Below are positions 52,088 through 62,928 of a stretch of DNA of 64,000 bases, in pieces. The DNA comes from Planctomycetota bacterium (GTDB lineage Bacteria; Planctomycetota; Phycisphaerae; UBA1845; UTPLA1). The stretch lies in NCBI GenBank assembly GCA_016712275.1, contig JADJRI010000009.1, forward strand, positions 113,772 through 177,771, read 5' to 3'. The position numbers and the translations under genes were made by a program. Each line of letters starts with the position of its first letter. Position 1 is the stretch's first letter. The notes beneath the pieces are model-generated. The model saw nothing but the letters and a program-made list of their open reading frames with translations, was not told the origin of the DNA and searched no databases.

Positions 52088-52876
52088 ATGCCTGAGTTCG
52101 TTCAAATCACGGTCGCCGATCGGATCGCGTCGGTCACCATCAACCGGCCGGAGCTGCACAATGCGTTCAACGAGGTTGTGATCTCGGAGTTGACCGAAGC
52201 GATGGAGGCGGCCGGCGGCGATCCGGAGGTTCGCGTCGTCGTGCTGCGGACGGAGGGGAAGAGCTTCTGCGCCGGGGCGGACGTGAACTGGATGAAGCGG
52301 ATGGTGGATTACTCATTTGAGGAGAACGTTTCGGACGCGATCGACATGGCGAACATGCTCCGCGCGATTCGGGAGTGTTCGAAGCCGGTGATCGGACGGA
52401 TTCACGGGGCGGCGATCGGCGGCGGCGTTGGGCTGGCGGCGGCGTGTGACATGGCGGTGGCAGTAAAGTCGGCGATCTTCTGCCTGAGCGAGGTGAAGCT
52501 CGGGATCCTGCCGGCGGTGATTTCGCCTTACGTGATGGAGAAGATGGGGCCGGGGCCAATGCGGCGTTACGCGCTGACGGCGGAGAAGTTCGACGCGAAT
52601 GAGGCGCATCGGCTGGGGCTGGTGTCGCATGTGGTGGATGACGACGCGGGGCTCGATGCGTGGATTACCGAAACGGCGAAGACGCTGATGGCGAATGGTC
52701 CGGAGGCGCTGGCGGCCTGCAAGGAAGTTCTCGCGGACGTTCAGGAGCGGAAGCGGTGGGGTGCGAAGCAGCGATTGACGGTGAAGCGCATCTCGCGGCG
52801 GCGCGTGTCGGAAGAAGGGCAGGACGGATTGAAGGCGTTTCTGGAGAAGCGGAAGGCGAAGTGGGTGAGGGAGTAG
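52088..52876 (+). CDS. Enoyl-CoA hydratase/isomerase family (methylglutaconyl-CoA hydratase-like)
   Basis: Crotonase-fold motifs are present: ITINRPELHNAFNEVVISEL, VVVLRTEGKSFCAGADVNWM, IGRIHGAAIGGGVGLAAACDMAVA. Confidence 0.8.
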   Translation: MPEFVQITVADRIASVTINRPELHNAFNEVVISELTEAMEAAGGDPEVRVVVLRTEGKSFCAGADVNWMKRMVDYSFEENVSDAIDMANMLRAIRECSKPVIGRIHGAAIGGGVGLAAACDMAVAVKSAIFCLSEVKLGILPAVISPYVMEKMGPGPMRRYALTAEKFDANEAHRLGLVSHVVDDDAGLDAWITETAKTLMANGPEALAACKEVLADVQERKRWGAKQRLTVKRISRRRVSEEGQDGLKAFLEKRKAKWVRE

Positions 52877-52943
52877 CGTGATGGCTCACACGTCACTTGT
52901 ACTTCAATGACCTCATGACTGGCTTGGCTCCGGATTCCATTTA

Positions 52944-53462
52944 ATGGATATCGAAATGAGCAGTGATGAACTGAGATCAAAGCTTGACGCCGCGCGTCGG
53001 GAGCGGTGGCTGGGAGAGTGGAAACTGCGGCAGTGGCCGACGGTGGCGGGTGAATTCGCAGGAAATCTCTCTCACGCGAATCTGCTGACGGCTCGGCAGA
53101 TTGAAGCGATTGCTGATCGAATTCAGCCCACTCTCCTGCAATTCTACAACTTCACTCCAACTCGATTCTATTCCACGGATCGCACGGCGATTGTGGCCGC
53201 GCTGGAGGCCATTCGCGACGGAGAACGTGAGCTCGAATGCACGCTTCTTCTTCGGGATGGCCAGGGAATAGCGGGCATCCGGGCGCAGACGAGCGAATTG
53301 ATCCCGATGTGCGAAAAGTTGTGCGTGGTGGATCTACAGGATGTCGTCGTCATCTGGGAAGAGGGGCGACGGGGGATTCTGCTGGAGCGACAGTCTCATG
53401 ACGAAGAGGGACGGGCTTTGCCGACTTGCTACCTTCGCACTTGGGGCTGCAAATGGACCTAA
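52944..53462 (+). CDS. Hypothetical protein
   Basis: A 172-aa ORF with protein-like composition. I recognise no family. Confidence 0.35.
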   Translation: MDIEMSSDELRSKLDAARRERWLGEWKLRQWPTVAGEFAGNLSHANLLTARQIEAIADRIQPTLLQFYNFTPTRFYSTDRTAIVAALEAIRDGERELECTLLLRDGQGIAGIRAQTSELIPMCEKLCVVDLQDVVVIWEEGRRGILLERQSHDEEGRALPTCYLRTWGCKWT

Positions 53463-53613
53463 CCAGCGATCGCCGGAACAATTCCGAAGGCCCATCACGC
53501 GGCTGATGCTGCGCGGAGAACGCGAGGTGAACAGAATTGGCGGTGAACGAGGTCAATGCATGCTACAGTCACCTGACGTCGGTATCCCAGGTGACTAACC
53601 CGCGACAACTTTC

Positions 53614-53706
53614 CTCTTTCGCCCCTGCCGGGGCTGAGGATGTCATGCGTTGGGCACCCACGGCTGACGCCGTGGGCTAATCTCTTTCGCCGCTGCCGCG
53701 GCTGGG
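53614..53706. repeat. Triple-hairpin dispersed repeat, copy C
   Basis: The sequence is tctttcGCCCCtgccGGGGCtgaggatgtcatgcgttgggcaCCCACGGCtgacGCCGTGGGctaatctctttcGCCGCtgccGCGGCtgggg. Confidence 0.75.
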
Positions 53707-53837
53707 GAGGACGATTATTGCTGCGGTAGCTGGGGAAGGTGATTGTTGCTGCCTCGGTTAGAGAGGGCCATCGCCGCTGTCGCGGGTGGGGCGCTTCCGA
53801 ATTGATAAGAATGTCGCGTCGATCTCGGCAAAGAGCT

Positions 53838-53930
53838 TCTTTCGCCCCTGCCGGGGCTGAGGATGTCACACTAATGGCACCCACGGCTGACGCCGTGGGC
53901 TAATCTCTTTCGCCGCTGCCGCGGCTGGGG
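53838..53930. repeat. Triple-hairpin dispersed repeat, copy D (near-identical to copy C), followed by a fourth partial hairpin at 53955-53985
   Basis: The sequence is tctttcGCCCCtgccGGGGCtgaggatgtcacactaatggcaCCCACGGCtgacGCCGTGGGctaatctctttcGCCGCtgccGCGGCtgggg. The partial hairpin downstream reads tctttcGTCGCtgccGCGGCgggg. Confidence 0.75.
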
Positions 53931-54102
53931 TGCAACATCGTGGCACTCGCGGTTTGCGCGTGGATAGTTGTCTTTCGTCGCTGCCGCGGCGGGGATCGGT
54001 GCGGTCATAGCGACGATGACTTGTATTCATTCCTCGCGGTTCCGCGCGGGCGCCGACTCTGGGTTTGTGATGTGTACTTGTCGTTAAGTCGGTCGATCGC
54101 GA

Positions 54103-55068
54103 TCAGTTGGATGATGTGTCTGTGTTCGATTTCTGATCGGCCTTGGACTTTTTCACATAGATCCCATCGAAATAGGGCTTCCACGTCTTTCCGTTGTCGT
54201 CGGAGTGTTCGATGAAGTGGCGGACTTTGCCGTCTTTCTGGGGGGTTAGGGTGCCGCGGGCGAGGGCGGGTTTGCCGCGCTGCGGGGTATGGGTGCCGGT
54301 GAAGTGCATGGCGCCGTCTTTGATTTCGCCGTCGTAGCGGACGACGGAGCCGCTGCCGTCGACCCAGACTTGCTTCCACTTGCGGTCGTCCGGGTCGATG
54401 AAGTTGCTGCTCTGGCCTGTGTTACCCTGCATGTTGGACCAGTGTTCGAGGATGAGGCAGCCGTTCTCGACCTTTTCGATGCGGTTTGTTCCGAGCTGGT
54501 TGCCCTGGGGGTCGAAGACGTCCCAGTCGCCGACCCAGAAATCGAATTCGGTGACGAGGCTGGCGATGGGGTTGGCGCGGCGCTTGAGCGGTTCGAATCG
54601 ATCATCGGAGCGAAGGGACTTGAGATCGGCGTCGCTTTCGAGCTGGCTGGCGTCGCTGAATCCGGCTTCGACGGCCTCGCCGAGTGCCTTGAAGGCGGCA
54701 TCCTTGTCGCCTTTCAGCGCGAGGGCGCATCCGAGGTTGTAGAGGCCGACGGGGCGGAAGCGGGGGAATTCCGCGGTCTTTTTGTGGACTGGAATCGCCT
54801 TATCGTATTCGCCGAGATTGTGGTAGGCGAAGCCGAGCCGGTACCAGGCCATGCCGTTCTTCGGTTCCGACTTCGTGATCAATTCGTAACCCTCGGCGGC
54901 CCCCTTCCAGTCCTGTTTGCGGAAAGCCTCGTCGGCGGCCTTGGCGCTTTGCCCGGCCGATTTAGAGTCGCCGGGCTCAAGGGCCTGGGCCGGCCTTGAG
55001 ATGCCGGGGGCGACGACTGTAAATGCGATGAGGGTTCGAAGGACTCCGGTCCTGATGGAAGAAAACAT
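54103..55068 (-). CDS. Secreted TPR-repeat protein with a C-terminal beta-rich domain
   Basis: The signal peptide is MFSSIRTGVLRTLIAFTVVAPGISRPAQA. TPR-like helices follow (AAEGYELITKSEPKNGMAWYRLGFAYHNLGEYDKAIPVHKKTAEF...). Confidence 0.55.
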   Translation of the reverse strand: MFSSIRTGVLRTLIAFTVVAPGISRPAQALEPGDSKSAGQSAKAADEAFRKQDWKGAAEGYELITKSEPKNGMAWYRLGFAYHNLGEYDKAIPVHKKTAEFPRFRPVGLYNLGCALALKGDKDAAFKALGEAVEAGFSDASQLESDADLKSLRSDDRFEPLKRRANPIASLVTEFDFWVGDWDVFDPQGNQLGTNRIEKVENGCLILEHWSNMQGNTGQSSNFIDPDDRKWKQVWVDGSGSVVRYDGEIKDGAMHFTGTHTPQRGKPALARGTLTPQKDGKVRHFIEHSDDNGKTWKPYFDGIYVKKSKADQKSNTDTSSN

Positions 55069-55196
55069 GAGATGTCTCCTGCGTGATTGGGAATTCGCGG
55101 ATAACAGTTGTTTTCAGGTTGGCGTCAGCCGGGGTTCAGAGGGCGACGTCATGATTAACGAAGGAGATGGACACTTGTCACGCAGGGACGACGTTC

Positions 55197-56427
55197 ATGG
55201 CGGGTTTAATTCGCAAAGGTGGTTCACTGGACTTGCATGGGGGCGAGCCGTTCTGGCTGGCGCGGGACGGCCTCGGGCTGGTGGTGCCGGCGCTGGAGAC
55301 GGACCTCTCTTGTGATGTCGTGATCCTGGGCGGCGGCGTGGACGGGAGCGCTCGTGGCGGATTCGCTCTCGCAGGCAGGGCTGAATGTCGTGCTGCTGGA
55401 TCGTCGGCATCTCGGGCGGGGATCGACGGCCGCGAGCACGGCATTGCTTCAATACGACATTGATACGCCGCTTCATCAGCTGCGCGAGACATTCGGAAAG
55501 GCGAAGGCTGACCGGGCTTATCAACTGGGAATCGAAGCGATCGAGGCTATTGAGCAGATCAGCCGGGGGACGAGCAATGGATTTCACAGGCGGCCTTCGC
55601 TGTACGTTGCCCGGGATGAAGCGGCGGCGGTGTCACTCAAGGAGGAGTTTGACGCGCGGCGCGATGCGGGACTGGCGGTGGAGTGGCTGGCGGCCGAAGC
55701 GGTGCGGGAAGAGTACGGATTTGACGTCTGTGCGGCGATTCGATCGGCCGTCGCGGGTGAAGTGGATCCGTTCCGGCTGACTCAGACGCTGCTCTCCCGA
55801 TCGATGGAGCGGGGTGTACAGATCTTCGACCGGACGGAGGTCGCGGAGATCGATGAATCGGACGGGGTTGTCACCGTTCGCTGCGAGAGCGGACATTTTG
55901 TGCGGGCCCGGTGGATTGTTCATGCGACGGGTTATGAGGCGGTTGAGACGCTGCCGCGGCGGATCGTGTCGCTGCATTCGACGTTTGCGATGATCAGCGA
56001 GCCGATTCGGTCGAGCGTGCTGACGTGGTGGGACCAGGCGCTGGTGTGGGAGTATGCGGATCCCTACCACTACGCGCGGTGGGTGGACGATCGCATTGTT
56101 TATGGCGGCGGGGATGTTTCGTTTCGCAACGCGGCGGCGCGGGACCGGCTGATCGAGAAAAAGACAGCGGAGCTTCAGGCGGCGTTTGGAATCATTTCTG
56201 TCCCGAAGGTTCATTTCTAGCCGGCGTTCAGCTGGCTGGGACGTTTGGTGGTGTTGACGAACACGGCCTGGCATATCGCCGCGTCGCCGGAGCGGCCGCG
56301 ATCGCTGTATGCGCTGGGTTTCGGCGGGAACGGGATTACGTACAGCGCGATCGCGCGGCGGATTTTGACGAATCAGATTCTGGGGCGGCGCGATCTGGAT
56401 GCGGAGTTGTTTGCGTTTGGAAGGTAG
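55197..56427 (+). CDS. FAD-dependent oxidoreductase (DAO family), fragmented by at least three frameshifts
   Basis: The GxGxxG region is CDVVILGGGV|TGALVADSLSQAGLNVVLLD, with a frame break at about 55327. The central part is in the 55354..56220 ORF. The C-terminal signatures AGTFGGVDEHGLAY and LYALGFGGNGITYSAIARRI lie in two further frames. Confidence 0.6.
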
Positions 56428-56457
56428 GGGCGATTGCGGCTGGAATGCAGGAATGGA

Positions 56458-57862
56458 CTATAAACGGATGATATGGGGCATCAGTTTTACCGGTAATTCC
56501 AGATCACCCATCCCGCGACGTTTCGCAAGATGCCATAGCACGGTCATATCCAGTGACAGCCACAAGTCGAGTCGATGATGGTTTCGAACAGACTCACCGT
56601 GAGTTTGCAGGAAGGCCTGCATGCCTTTTGTCGTCGCGGCGACATCGCCGGAGAAAACCGCGTCGGCGATGGACAAAAGCTTTCGAGGACGGGCCTTTCG
56701 GCTCTTCTCGATGATGCCGCGCTGCTGTTGTATCTGATGATCAGCGGCAGCGCGGAGCTTCATCGCAAGCCAGATTTGGCAGGCATTTTCGCCAAGGGAG
56801 CTGTTGTCGACGCCCTCGTCGAAGCAAAGGTCGGCATCGGGCCAGGTGGCCAGTTGGTCGAATGATTCCCATCGGTTGAGGGCCGCACACATATGGCGAG
56901 CGTGGCGCAGGTTGTCCATCCAGGGGGAGGGCATGGCGAACCGGCTCGCCTTTGAAGAGTTGCGAGATGCAAGCGGGGTTCAGGCGCCAATCGCCGAAAA
57001 AGTATGCCATACCGGCGGCAGCGATGCGCTCGGCGGCGATTCGATTGTCGTCGAGCGGCGGCGCGAGCCCCGGGTATCCCGCTTGATTGATCGCCATGGC
57101 GGCCAGACTATTGCTCATTGTCGAAGAGACCCACAACTCCATCTCATCGGACTGTTCCGGCGGGACGTGGCTTTGCGAGGCCGCGTAATCATTCAGATTT
57201 TTGCAGGCATCGGCGAGATCATCATCATTGAGGCCGACTCGCTTCCAGGGCGGCGCGTCGGCATCGGAATCGGGGCGATTTATCGACTGGGAAGCGAGGA
57301 GGCTCTTGAGCAGCGCATTATTTGATTCGATTCTGCTTTGCTTTTCTCTTGTTGGATCGACAAGTTCGGCGAGGCGTTTTTCCCAGTTCGGCGTTCGCTT
57401 TTCGGCGGGTGGTGGAGTCTCATCACCGAAATTACCGCTTCCCAGCTGAATCGGTGATCCCATCGGCCTCATTCCCGAGCGGAATTCGGGCGGATTTGAA
57501 GCTGCGTACAGCTTGAATTCCGATGCATCGTAGCAGGGCAAATTGAAGCGGCTCATGATGGAAACGATGCGGTTCATTTCGCGTTCGGCGTCGCCGGAGA
57601 ATTCGAAGCGGAAATGGTGGGTTCCATTGGATGGTGAAATGGCCGTCGTCGTCGGCTTCAGATTGGACGGAGGAATGGTCTTCTGAATGAGGTTGAGGTC
57701 GGGGTATTCGGAAACAAGCGTTTCGAGGATGGCGTCGACCGGCAGAGGTTCTATCTCTTCAGGAGTCATGCCAGATTGAATGCCTTCGTAGATTATCCTT
57801 GCACTTCTCCTGGAGTCGGGGCGGATGTTGAAGAAACAGAGGTGGCCTGTAGGAATGTTCAT
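56458..57862 (-). CDS. Hypothetical protein (about 470 aa), frameshifted near 56880
   Basis: The 56741..57862 ORF goes out of frame near its 3' end, and the sequence continues in the 56458..56934 ORF. I do not recognise the family. Confidence 0.4.
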
Positions 57863-58188
57863 TTGGCAAACAGAAACTCAGATGGAATCGGCAACGATTG
57901 TTCGCCGCCCCGTTCGGAGGCCGACTGGATCGATTTCGCTTCAATGGTTATGGCCGCATCTTGAGATTCGGCCGATCGCTCCGGGCTATGGGTCATGATA
58001 TCAGGAATGGCGATTGGAGGCGATATTGGCAGCGAAGTCCCGGTAAAAAAACTTCTGGTGTGAGGGAATGCGGACGGGATTTGATTCGAATTCGAATGCG
58101 TCCGAATAGTATGATTAGGTTGCTCCTGCATCGGTATGAACTTTGAGAAGGTTTCCGGGAATGGACCTCGAACAGCGGCTCGTTTCAC
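57859..58188 (-). CDS. Small hypothetical protein
   Basis: Its stop overlaps the downstream gene's start (translational coupling geometry). The composition is of low complexity. Confidence 0.25.
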   Translation of the reverse strand: MKRAAVRGPFPETFSKFIPMQEQPNHTIRTHSNSNQIPSAFPHTRSFFTGTSLPISPPIAIPDIMTHSPERSAESQDAAITIEAKSIQSASERGGEQSLPIPSEFLFAK

Positions 58189-58215
58189 TCTGCGGGCGAA
58201 TCACTTCGCGGGCGG

Positions 58216-58787
58216 ATGGTTTTGCGCCCGGCCGTGTTTGCATCGATCGAGTCGCTTTATCATCATCCCCCCCGTGCGTATCACAATCTTTCCCATGTTG
58301 AAAACCTGCTTTCGGTTTTTGATGAGGCGAGGCATGTGGCGGAGCATGCGGAGGCTGTCGAGTTTGCGATCTGGTTTCACGACTGTGTTTATGTACCTGG
58401 CCGACAGGATAATGAGGAACTGAGCGCCGGATGTGGCGGCGGTGATCGTGGGCGGGGATTGGGACTTGAAGAGGCGGTGGTGGAGTCAGTGCGGGGATGG
58501 TGCTGGCGACCAAGCACATCATACCGGCTGGTACGAATGACGCGCGACTGACGGCGGACATTGATCTGTCGGTGCTTGCGATTCCGCGGGCGGCCTATCG
58601 CGAAAACAGCGCGAAGATCCGAACGGAGTTCAGCTTCGCGGATGACGCCGCGTTCAATGCGGGGCGATTGCAGTTCATTGAGGCCTTTCTGGCCAAGCCT
58701 TCGATTTATCAAACGGATTACTTTCGCGAGCGGTGTGAAGCGGGGGCGCGGGAGAATCTGGAGGCGGAGCGCGAGCGGCTGGGGTGA
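58216..58787 (+). CDS. HD-superfamily-like phosphohydrolase-related protein, frameshifted near 58500
   Basis: The motifs YHNLSHVENLL ... IWFHDCVY are present in the N-terminal ORF. The C-terminal ORF continues with ..DIDLSVLAIPRAAYRENSAKIRTEF... Confidence 0.45.
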
Positions 58788-59108
58788 GTTGTGACGATCT
58801 AATCTGAGGAGCGACATTTCATCGCGCGTATCATGCGCGGTTTCCACCTGAAAAACGCTCGCCATGAGACGCGCAGAATCTGCCGGGTGTCGTCACTGAC
58901 GGCGGGATAATGCTGAGGTACGCGGATTGGAGGCGACTGTCTGGGGGACAGGTGCGGCTTATTCCAAGGTTCAAAGTGAGTTTCCCCTTCGGTGTCGATG
59001 TTTTCCATGTGGTAATCAAGGGGATTTCTTGCGGATGGCCTCCGTCTTCGTGGAACGCGCGATGGCGAAGGCGGCCGGTGGTGATTCCCTGTCGACCGGG
59101 AACGCGAC

Positions 59109-60782
59109 ATGAGACGACTCAGGCAGGACGCTTCATCAGTGGAATTGGCGAATCATGCGCCGATCCTCCTTCTCGAAACTCCGTTCATGTCGCAGACGGG
59201 CGGTGATGAGGTTCGGGCGTATGTCCAGTCGAAGTACAACCTCGCGCTGCTCGCGCTCGGTTCTTATTTGCGGGCGAAGAGTGAATTCGGCGTTCGGCTC
59301 ATCAACATGGTGAAGGATCGGATCGGCGAAGAGGAGCTGATCGATCGACTCCGGGCCGCGCCGCCGCGGGTGGTGGGCGTTCCGCTGTATTCGTACAACC
59401 TGAGTGAATCGTGCCGGGTAATCGCGCGGATCAAGTCGGAGTTTCCGGAAGTGCATGTTTGCGTCGGCGGGCCGCATGTGGGCATGTTTCCGAATGAAAC
59501 GATTCGGCTGCCTTATGTCGACTCGATGGTGCAGGGAGATGGGGAGGAGCCCTTCTTACAGATTTGCCGGCATGTGATGGAAGCGGGCCGGGCGGATGCG
59601 CTGGACGGGCTGGGTCTGGATGAGCTGCCGCCCGGGACGACGACGAAGCGATCGCTGGCGGCGGGCCATGTCGCGAAGCCCTGGGCGGCGGAAGATCTCG
59701 ACGCATTGCCGATGCCGGAACTTTCGCTCCTGGGCGACTTCACGCGCTATCGCGATTTTCTTTCGAACAGGGTGATGGCGATTCTGACGACGTCCCGGGG
59801 ATGCCCTTACAAGTGTCATTACTGCTCGTCAGAATCCTCGAAATACCGCAGTTTTTCGATTTCGCGCGTGATCGAGATCATGCAGAGGTACGTCGAACAG
59901 GGCGTGGAGTATATTGAGTTCTGGGATGAGACGTTTAATCCGAACAAGCGGCGGCTAGAGGAGTTCGCTGACGCGCTGCTGGCATCCGGGCTTCGCGTTC
60001 CCTGGGGCATTCGCGGGAGCGTGGTGCTGCATGTGACGGAGGCGACGCTGAGGAAATTGAAAAGGACGGGGCTGCGCATCATGCAGTTCGGTGTGGAGAC
60101 GTTTCAGCCGCGGCTCATCAAGTACCTCAACAAGGCGACCGATCCCGCAACCATTCAGGCGGCGTTTGGGACATGCCGGCGCGTCGGCATTCGCAGCGTT
60201 GCAAACCTGATGGTCAACATTCCCAGTTCAACGCGCGACGAGATGATGGCGGATCTGGCATTTCTGGAACGAATCAAGCCGACCTACGTGAGCATCAGCG
60301 TCTATAACTGGGCGCCGGGGACTTCGCACTATCGTGACGCACTTCGAACGGGGCTGATCGATCATGACTACTGGCGATCGTATGCGGCCGATCCGAGGGG
60401 GGTGGAGCCGGTGCTGCATGCGCTGACTGAGATGCCGATCGAAGAGGTTTATCGCATCCGGGACGCGTGGGTCTGGCGGTACTACTTCAATCCGGCGAAG
60501 GTGATTGAGCACCTTCGATGCATGGACTTTCGGGAGCTCATTCGGGCGGGCGGCATCGCAGGGATCATGGTGCGGTCGCGCATTCGGGATTTCGTTGCTC
60601 AAAGGTGGAGGCGGCGTTCGGCGGCGGGCACAGACTCGACGCCGCAGGTCATCGGTCGATCGACGGAGGCGGCGGAATCCGTTGGAGGGGGAGAGATTCG
60701 GCGGCGGCTGGTGAACGGCATGCCGGATGTCTCGCTGGTGGTGCTTCCGAGCCAGACGAAGGCGGCAGGCGGGGCGTGCTGA
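59109..60782 (+). CDS. B12-binding radical SAM protein
   Basis: The N-terminus has a cobalamin-binding-like Rossmann region (VVGVPLYSYNLSESCRVIARIKSEFPEVHVCVGGPH). The radical-SAM CxxxCxxC motif is ILTTSRGCPYKCHYCSS. The 1.67-kb frame is intact. Confidence 0.8.
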   Translation: MRRLRQDASSVELANHAPILLLETPFMSQTGGDEVRAYVQSKYNLALLALGSYLRAKSEFGVRLINMVKDRIGEEELIDRLRAAPPRVVGVPLYSYNLSESCRVIARIKSEFPEVHVCVGGPHVGMFPNETIRLPYVDSMVQGDGEEPFLQICRHVMEAGRADALDGLGLDELPPGTTTKRSLAAGHVAKPWAAEDLDALPMPELSLLGDFTRYRDFLSNRVMAILTTSRGCPYKCHYCSSESSKYRSFSISRVIEIMQRYVEQGVEYIEFWDETFNPNKRRLEEFADALLASGLRVPWGIRGSVVLHVTEATLRKLKRTGLRIMQFGVETFQPRLIKYLNKATDPATIQAAFGTCRRVGIRSVANLMVNIPSSTRDEMMADLAFLERIKPTYVSISVYNWAPGTSHYRDALRTGLIDHDYWRSYAADPRGVEPVLHALTEMPIEEVYRIRDAWVWRYYFNPAKVIEHLRCMDFRELIRAGGIAGIMVRSRIRDFVAQRWRRRSAAGTDSTPQVIGRSTEAAESVGGGEIRRRLVNGMPDVSLVVLPSQTKAAGGAC

Positions 60783-60817
60783 CGACGGCGGGTGCCGCGC
60801 AGCCGATTCCTTCGGAC

Positions 60818-61345
60818 TCATATAACATCGACCGTGATCTCCGTCGGTGGATCGATCGGCGGCAGTGCGGGCGGTTTCATTCGATTCAGCAATTTTTCCT
60901 TGTTCCAACTGATCAAGCCTCCAGCGGTGAGGACACCGAATCCAGCAAGGACGAGGAGCGTGGCGTCGGGTCTCTCGCTCATGGATGTCCATTGGATCGT
61001 CGCGAAGCCTGCGAGCACGGTGCTGAGGACCAGCGAGACCGTTCGGTAGCGCGTCCATCTCCAGATCTGACCGACGATAAAGAGCAGGGTCAGCGTGGCG
61101 ATCGTGTGGCCGATGATCTCCGGCTTGTATGGTGCGAAGTCCCGGCTCGCCCAGGGCGCGAGGATGAGAAAGAGGATGGGGAACAGGCGCCACGCGAGCG
61201 GCGGGCGACGGTCGAGGAGGTGGACGATTCCGAAGAAGGTCCAGCCGCCGAGCATCATCAGCACGAGCGCGTGTGACGGAAGTCTGGCATTCAAAAGGTA
61301 GAGTGCCGCCACGAACTGCGTCATCAATGCGGCGACGGCTTCCAT
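60818..61345 (-). CDS. Polytopic membrane protein (possibly the C-terminal part of the upstream ORF)
   Basis: There are five or six hydrophobic helices. The ORF overlaps the upstream ORF by 22 nt in another frame. Confidence 0.4.
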   Translation of the reverse strand: MEAVAALMTQFVAALYLLNARLPSHALVLMMLGGWTFFGIVHLLDRRPPLAWRLFPILFLILAPWASRDFAPYKPEIIGHTIATLTLLFIVGQIWRWTRYRTVSLVLSTVLAGFATIQWTSMSERPDATLLVLAGFGVLTAGGLISWNKEKLLNRMKPPALPPIDPPTEITVDVI

Positions 61346-62550
61346 CGGCTTCGATACATGATCGCCATCAGCGCGAGGTAGGTGGCAACGCCGAAGAATA
61401 TGATCGGCTTCGCGAGTGGGCCGAAGTCGGCGAGGGAGAGGACTTCACCCTGCGTGACTCTGAGGATGGCGACGACGAATGCGCCGCCCAGATGGAGCAG
61501 GAGCCGGGAACGGTGTCGCCACATGGCGAACCACCAGGCGGCAGCTGCGAAGAGGGCGGGGGAAATGAGCGGGTCGCGCAGCACATTTGGGATGGCCTGC
61601 AAGGGAAATTCGGTTTCGAAATGGCCCAGACTCAGGAACATGGCGAAGGCCGGGAGCAGGGCGATCGATGCGAGTATGAGCGGGTGCGGTTTTGCGACCC
61701 ATCGCAACGCATCGAAGGCGACGATGGCGAGGGCGATGATCAGCGGGGAGGCGTAGAAGGGCGCAGCGTGGCAGAAATAGCCGTAGTTGAGGCCTATGAG
61801 CTGGGTGGTTGTCGCGGCGAGCGTGACGAGTACGAAGAGGGCTTCTGCCATGGCTGAATGGGGGAACTGGGCGTCATCTGGCGCGGATGATTTGTCGCGG
61901 TTCTTGTGGGCATGAAGCGCGCCGAGGCAGCCCATCGCGAGAATCGCGAAGATCCACCATGCCGCATACAGGAAAATCTCGCTTTCACCCGTATTGCCCT
62001 CGGGTGTTCTCAGGAACGGAGCGACAGCTGCGATCAGTGTGACGCAGCCGACGCAGGTGAGCCGGCTCGCACGACTGATATTTACCTTGAGTGTGCGCAA
62101 GACGGCGTGCATCTCGCCGATGGCGATGATGAGTGCGCCGGCGGCCATGTAAATTCCGGCGGACGGCCTGTAGGCGATCATCTCGTTGACTGCGGCGATG
62201 GGGCCGGTCCAGAAGATAGCGAGGACCAGCAGCAGGGCGGGCCGATCTTCCGGCGAGCGGCGGGCGAGGTGGATGGTGATGAGAATTGCGCCGACCGCCC
62301 ATTCGTAGAGTTGAAGAAGGGCGAGTGTCGCGAGGATGAGGGTGATGTCGCCGGCGGGATCCTCGGGGTGGACCAGGAGCAGCCTTGCGCCGACGGCGAT
62401 GAGCGCGGCGCTGACGAGGTAGGCGGGATTGTGGCGAATGATCCAGGTGAGCATCCGGGGGAGAGGTGATTGGGTTGACATGGCGTGTTCCTCTGTGGCG
62501 GGCCTGTGTTTCCGGTGAGGGCACGAGCCAGGGCGGGGTTGTTCAGCCAT
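61324..62550 (-). CDS. Polytopic membrane protein (about 10-12 TM helices)
   Basis: A 408-aa ORF with repeated hydrophobic helices and short loops. Confidence 0.5.
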   Translation of the reverse strand: MAEQPRPGSCPHRKHRPATEEHAMSTQSPLPRMLTWIIRHNPAYLVSAALIAVGARLLLVHPEDPAGDITLILATLALLQLYEWAVGAILITIHLARRSPEDRPALLLVLAIFWTGPIAAVNEMIAYRPSAGIYMAAGALIIAIGEMHAVLRTLKVNISRASRLTCVGCVTLIAAVAPFLRTPEGNTGESEIFLYAAWWIFAILAMGCLGALHAHKNRDKSSAPDDAQFPHSAMAEALFVLVTLAATTTQLIGLNYGYFCHAAPFYASPLIIALAIVAFDALRWVAKPHPLILASIALLPAFAMFLSLGHFETEFPLQAIPNVLRDPLISPALFAAAAWWFAMWRHRSRLLLHLGGAFVVAILRVTQGEVLSLADFGPLAKPIIFFGVATYLALMAIMYRSRWKPSPH

Positions 62551-62928
62551 TTGGGAACGAGCTGGTAATCAAAGCGCAACGCGCTTGGCACTCGTATTTT
62601 TCCTCGTGCGATGCTGCGGCGGGGCGGGCGCGTTGCGCACGGATTAATCGGGCGCGGATTGCGCGGTGTGGACCTTCCGCATGACTGTGATGTTGATTGG
62701 GATGCTGACCCGGCGGCGGGATGATGAAGCGGTATGAGGGCGATGGAATGAAGGCGTCGGGCCGGACCCCGTCACTGCATTGCACGCTATCAGGTATACG
62801 GATGCTGTGTCTGCAAAGTCAATCCGTGTTGATCTAAACGGTCCTCGGGACGGTCAATTCTTCAGGCTGAAAAACAGGGCCGGGAGGGGTAGTTGAATTC
62901 CGGCGGCCGCTCCGCCAAACTGTTCCAC

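Noticed and set aside
53600-53990. Possible CRISPR array, because of the short GC hairpins repeated at roughly regular spacing
   Set aside because: Adjacent units differ in sequence (GCCCC/GGGGC vs CCCACGGC/GCCGTGGG vs GCCGC/GCGGC). The whole 93-nt block is what repeats, there are no constant-length unique spacers, and no cas genes are nearby.
58790-59108. Looked for a cobalamin riboswitch upstream of the B12-binding radical SAM gene
   Set aside because: No B12-box-like element or convincing conserved stem architecture was recognisable. This is left unsupported.
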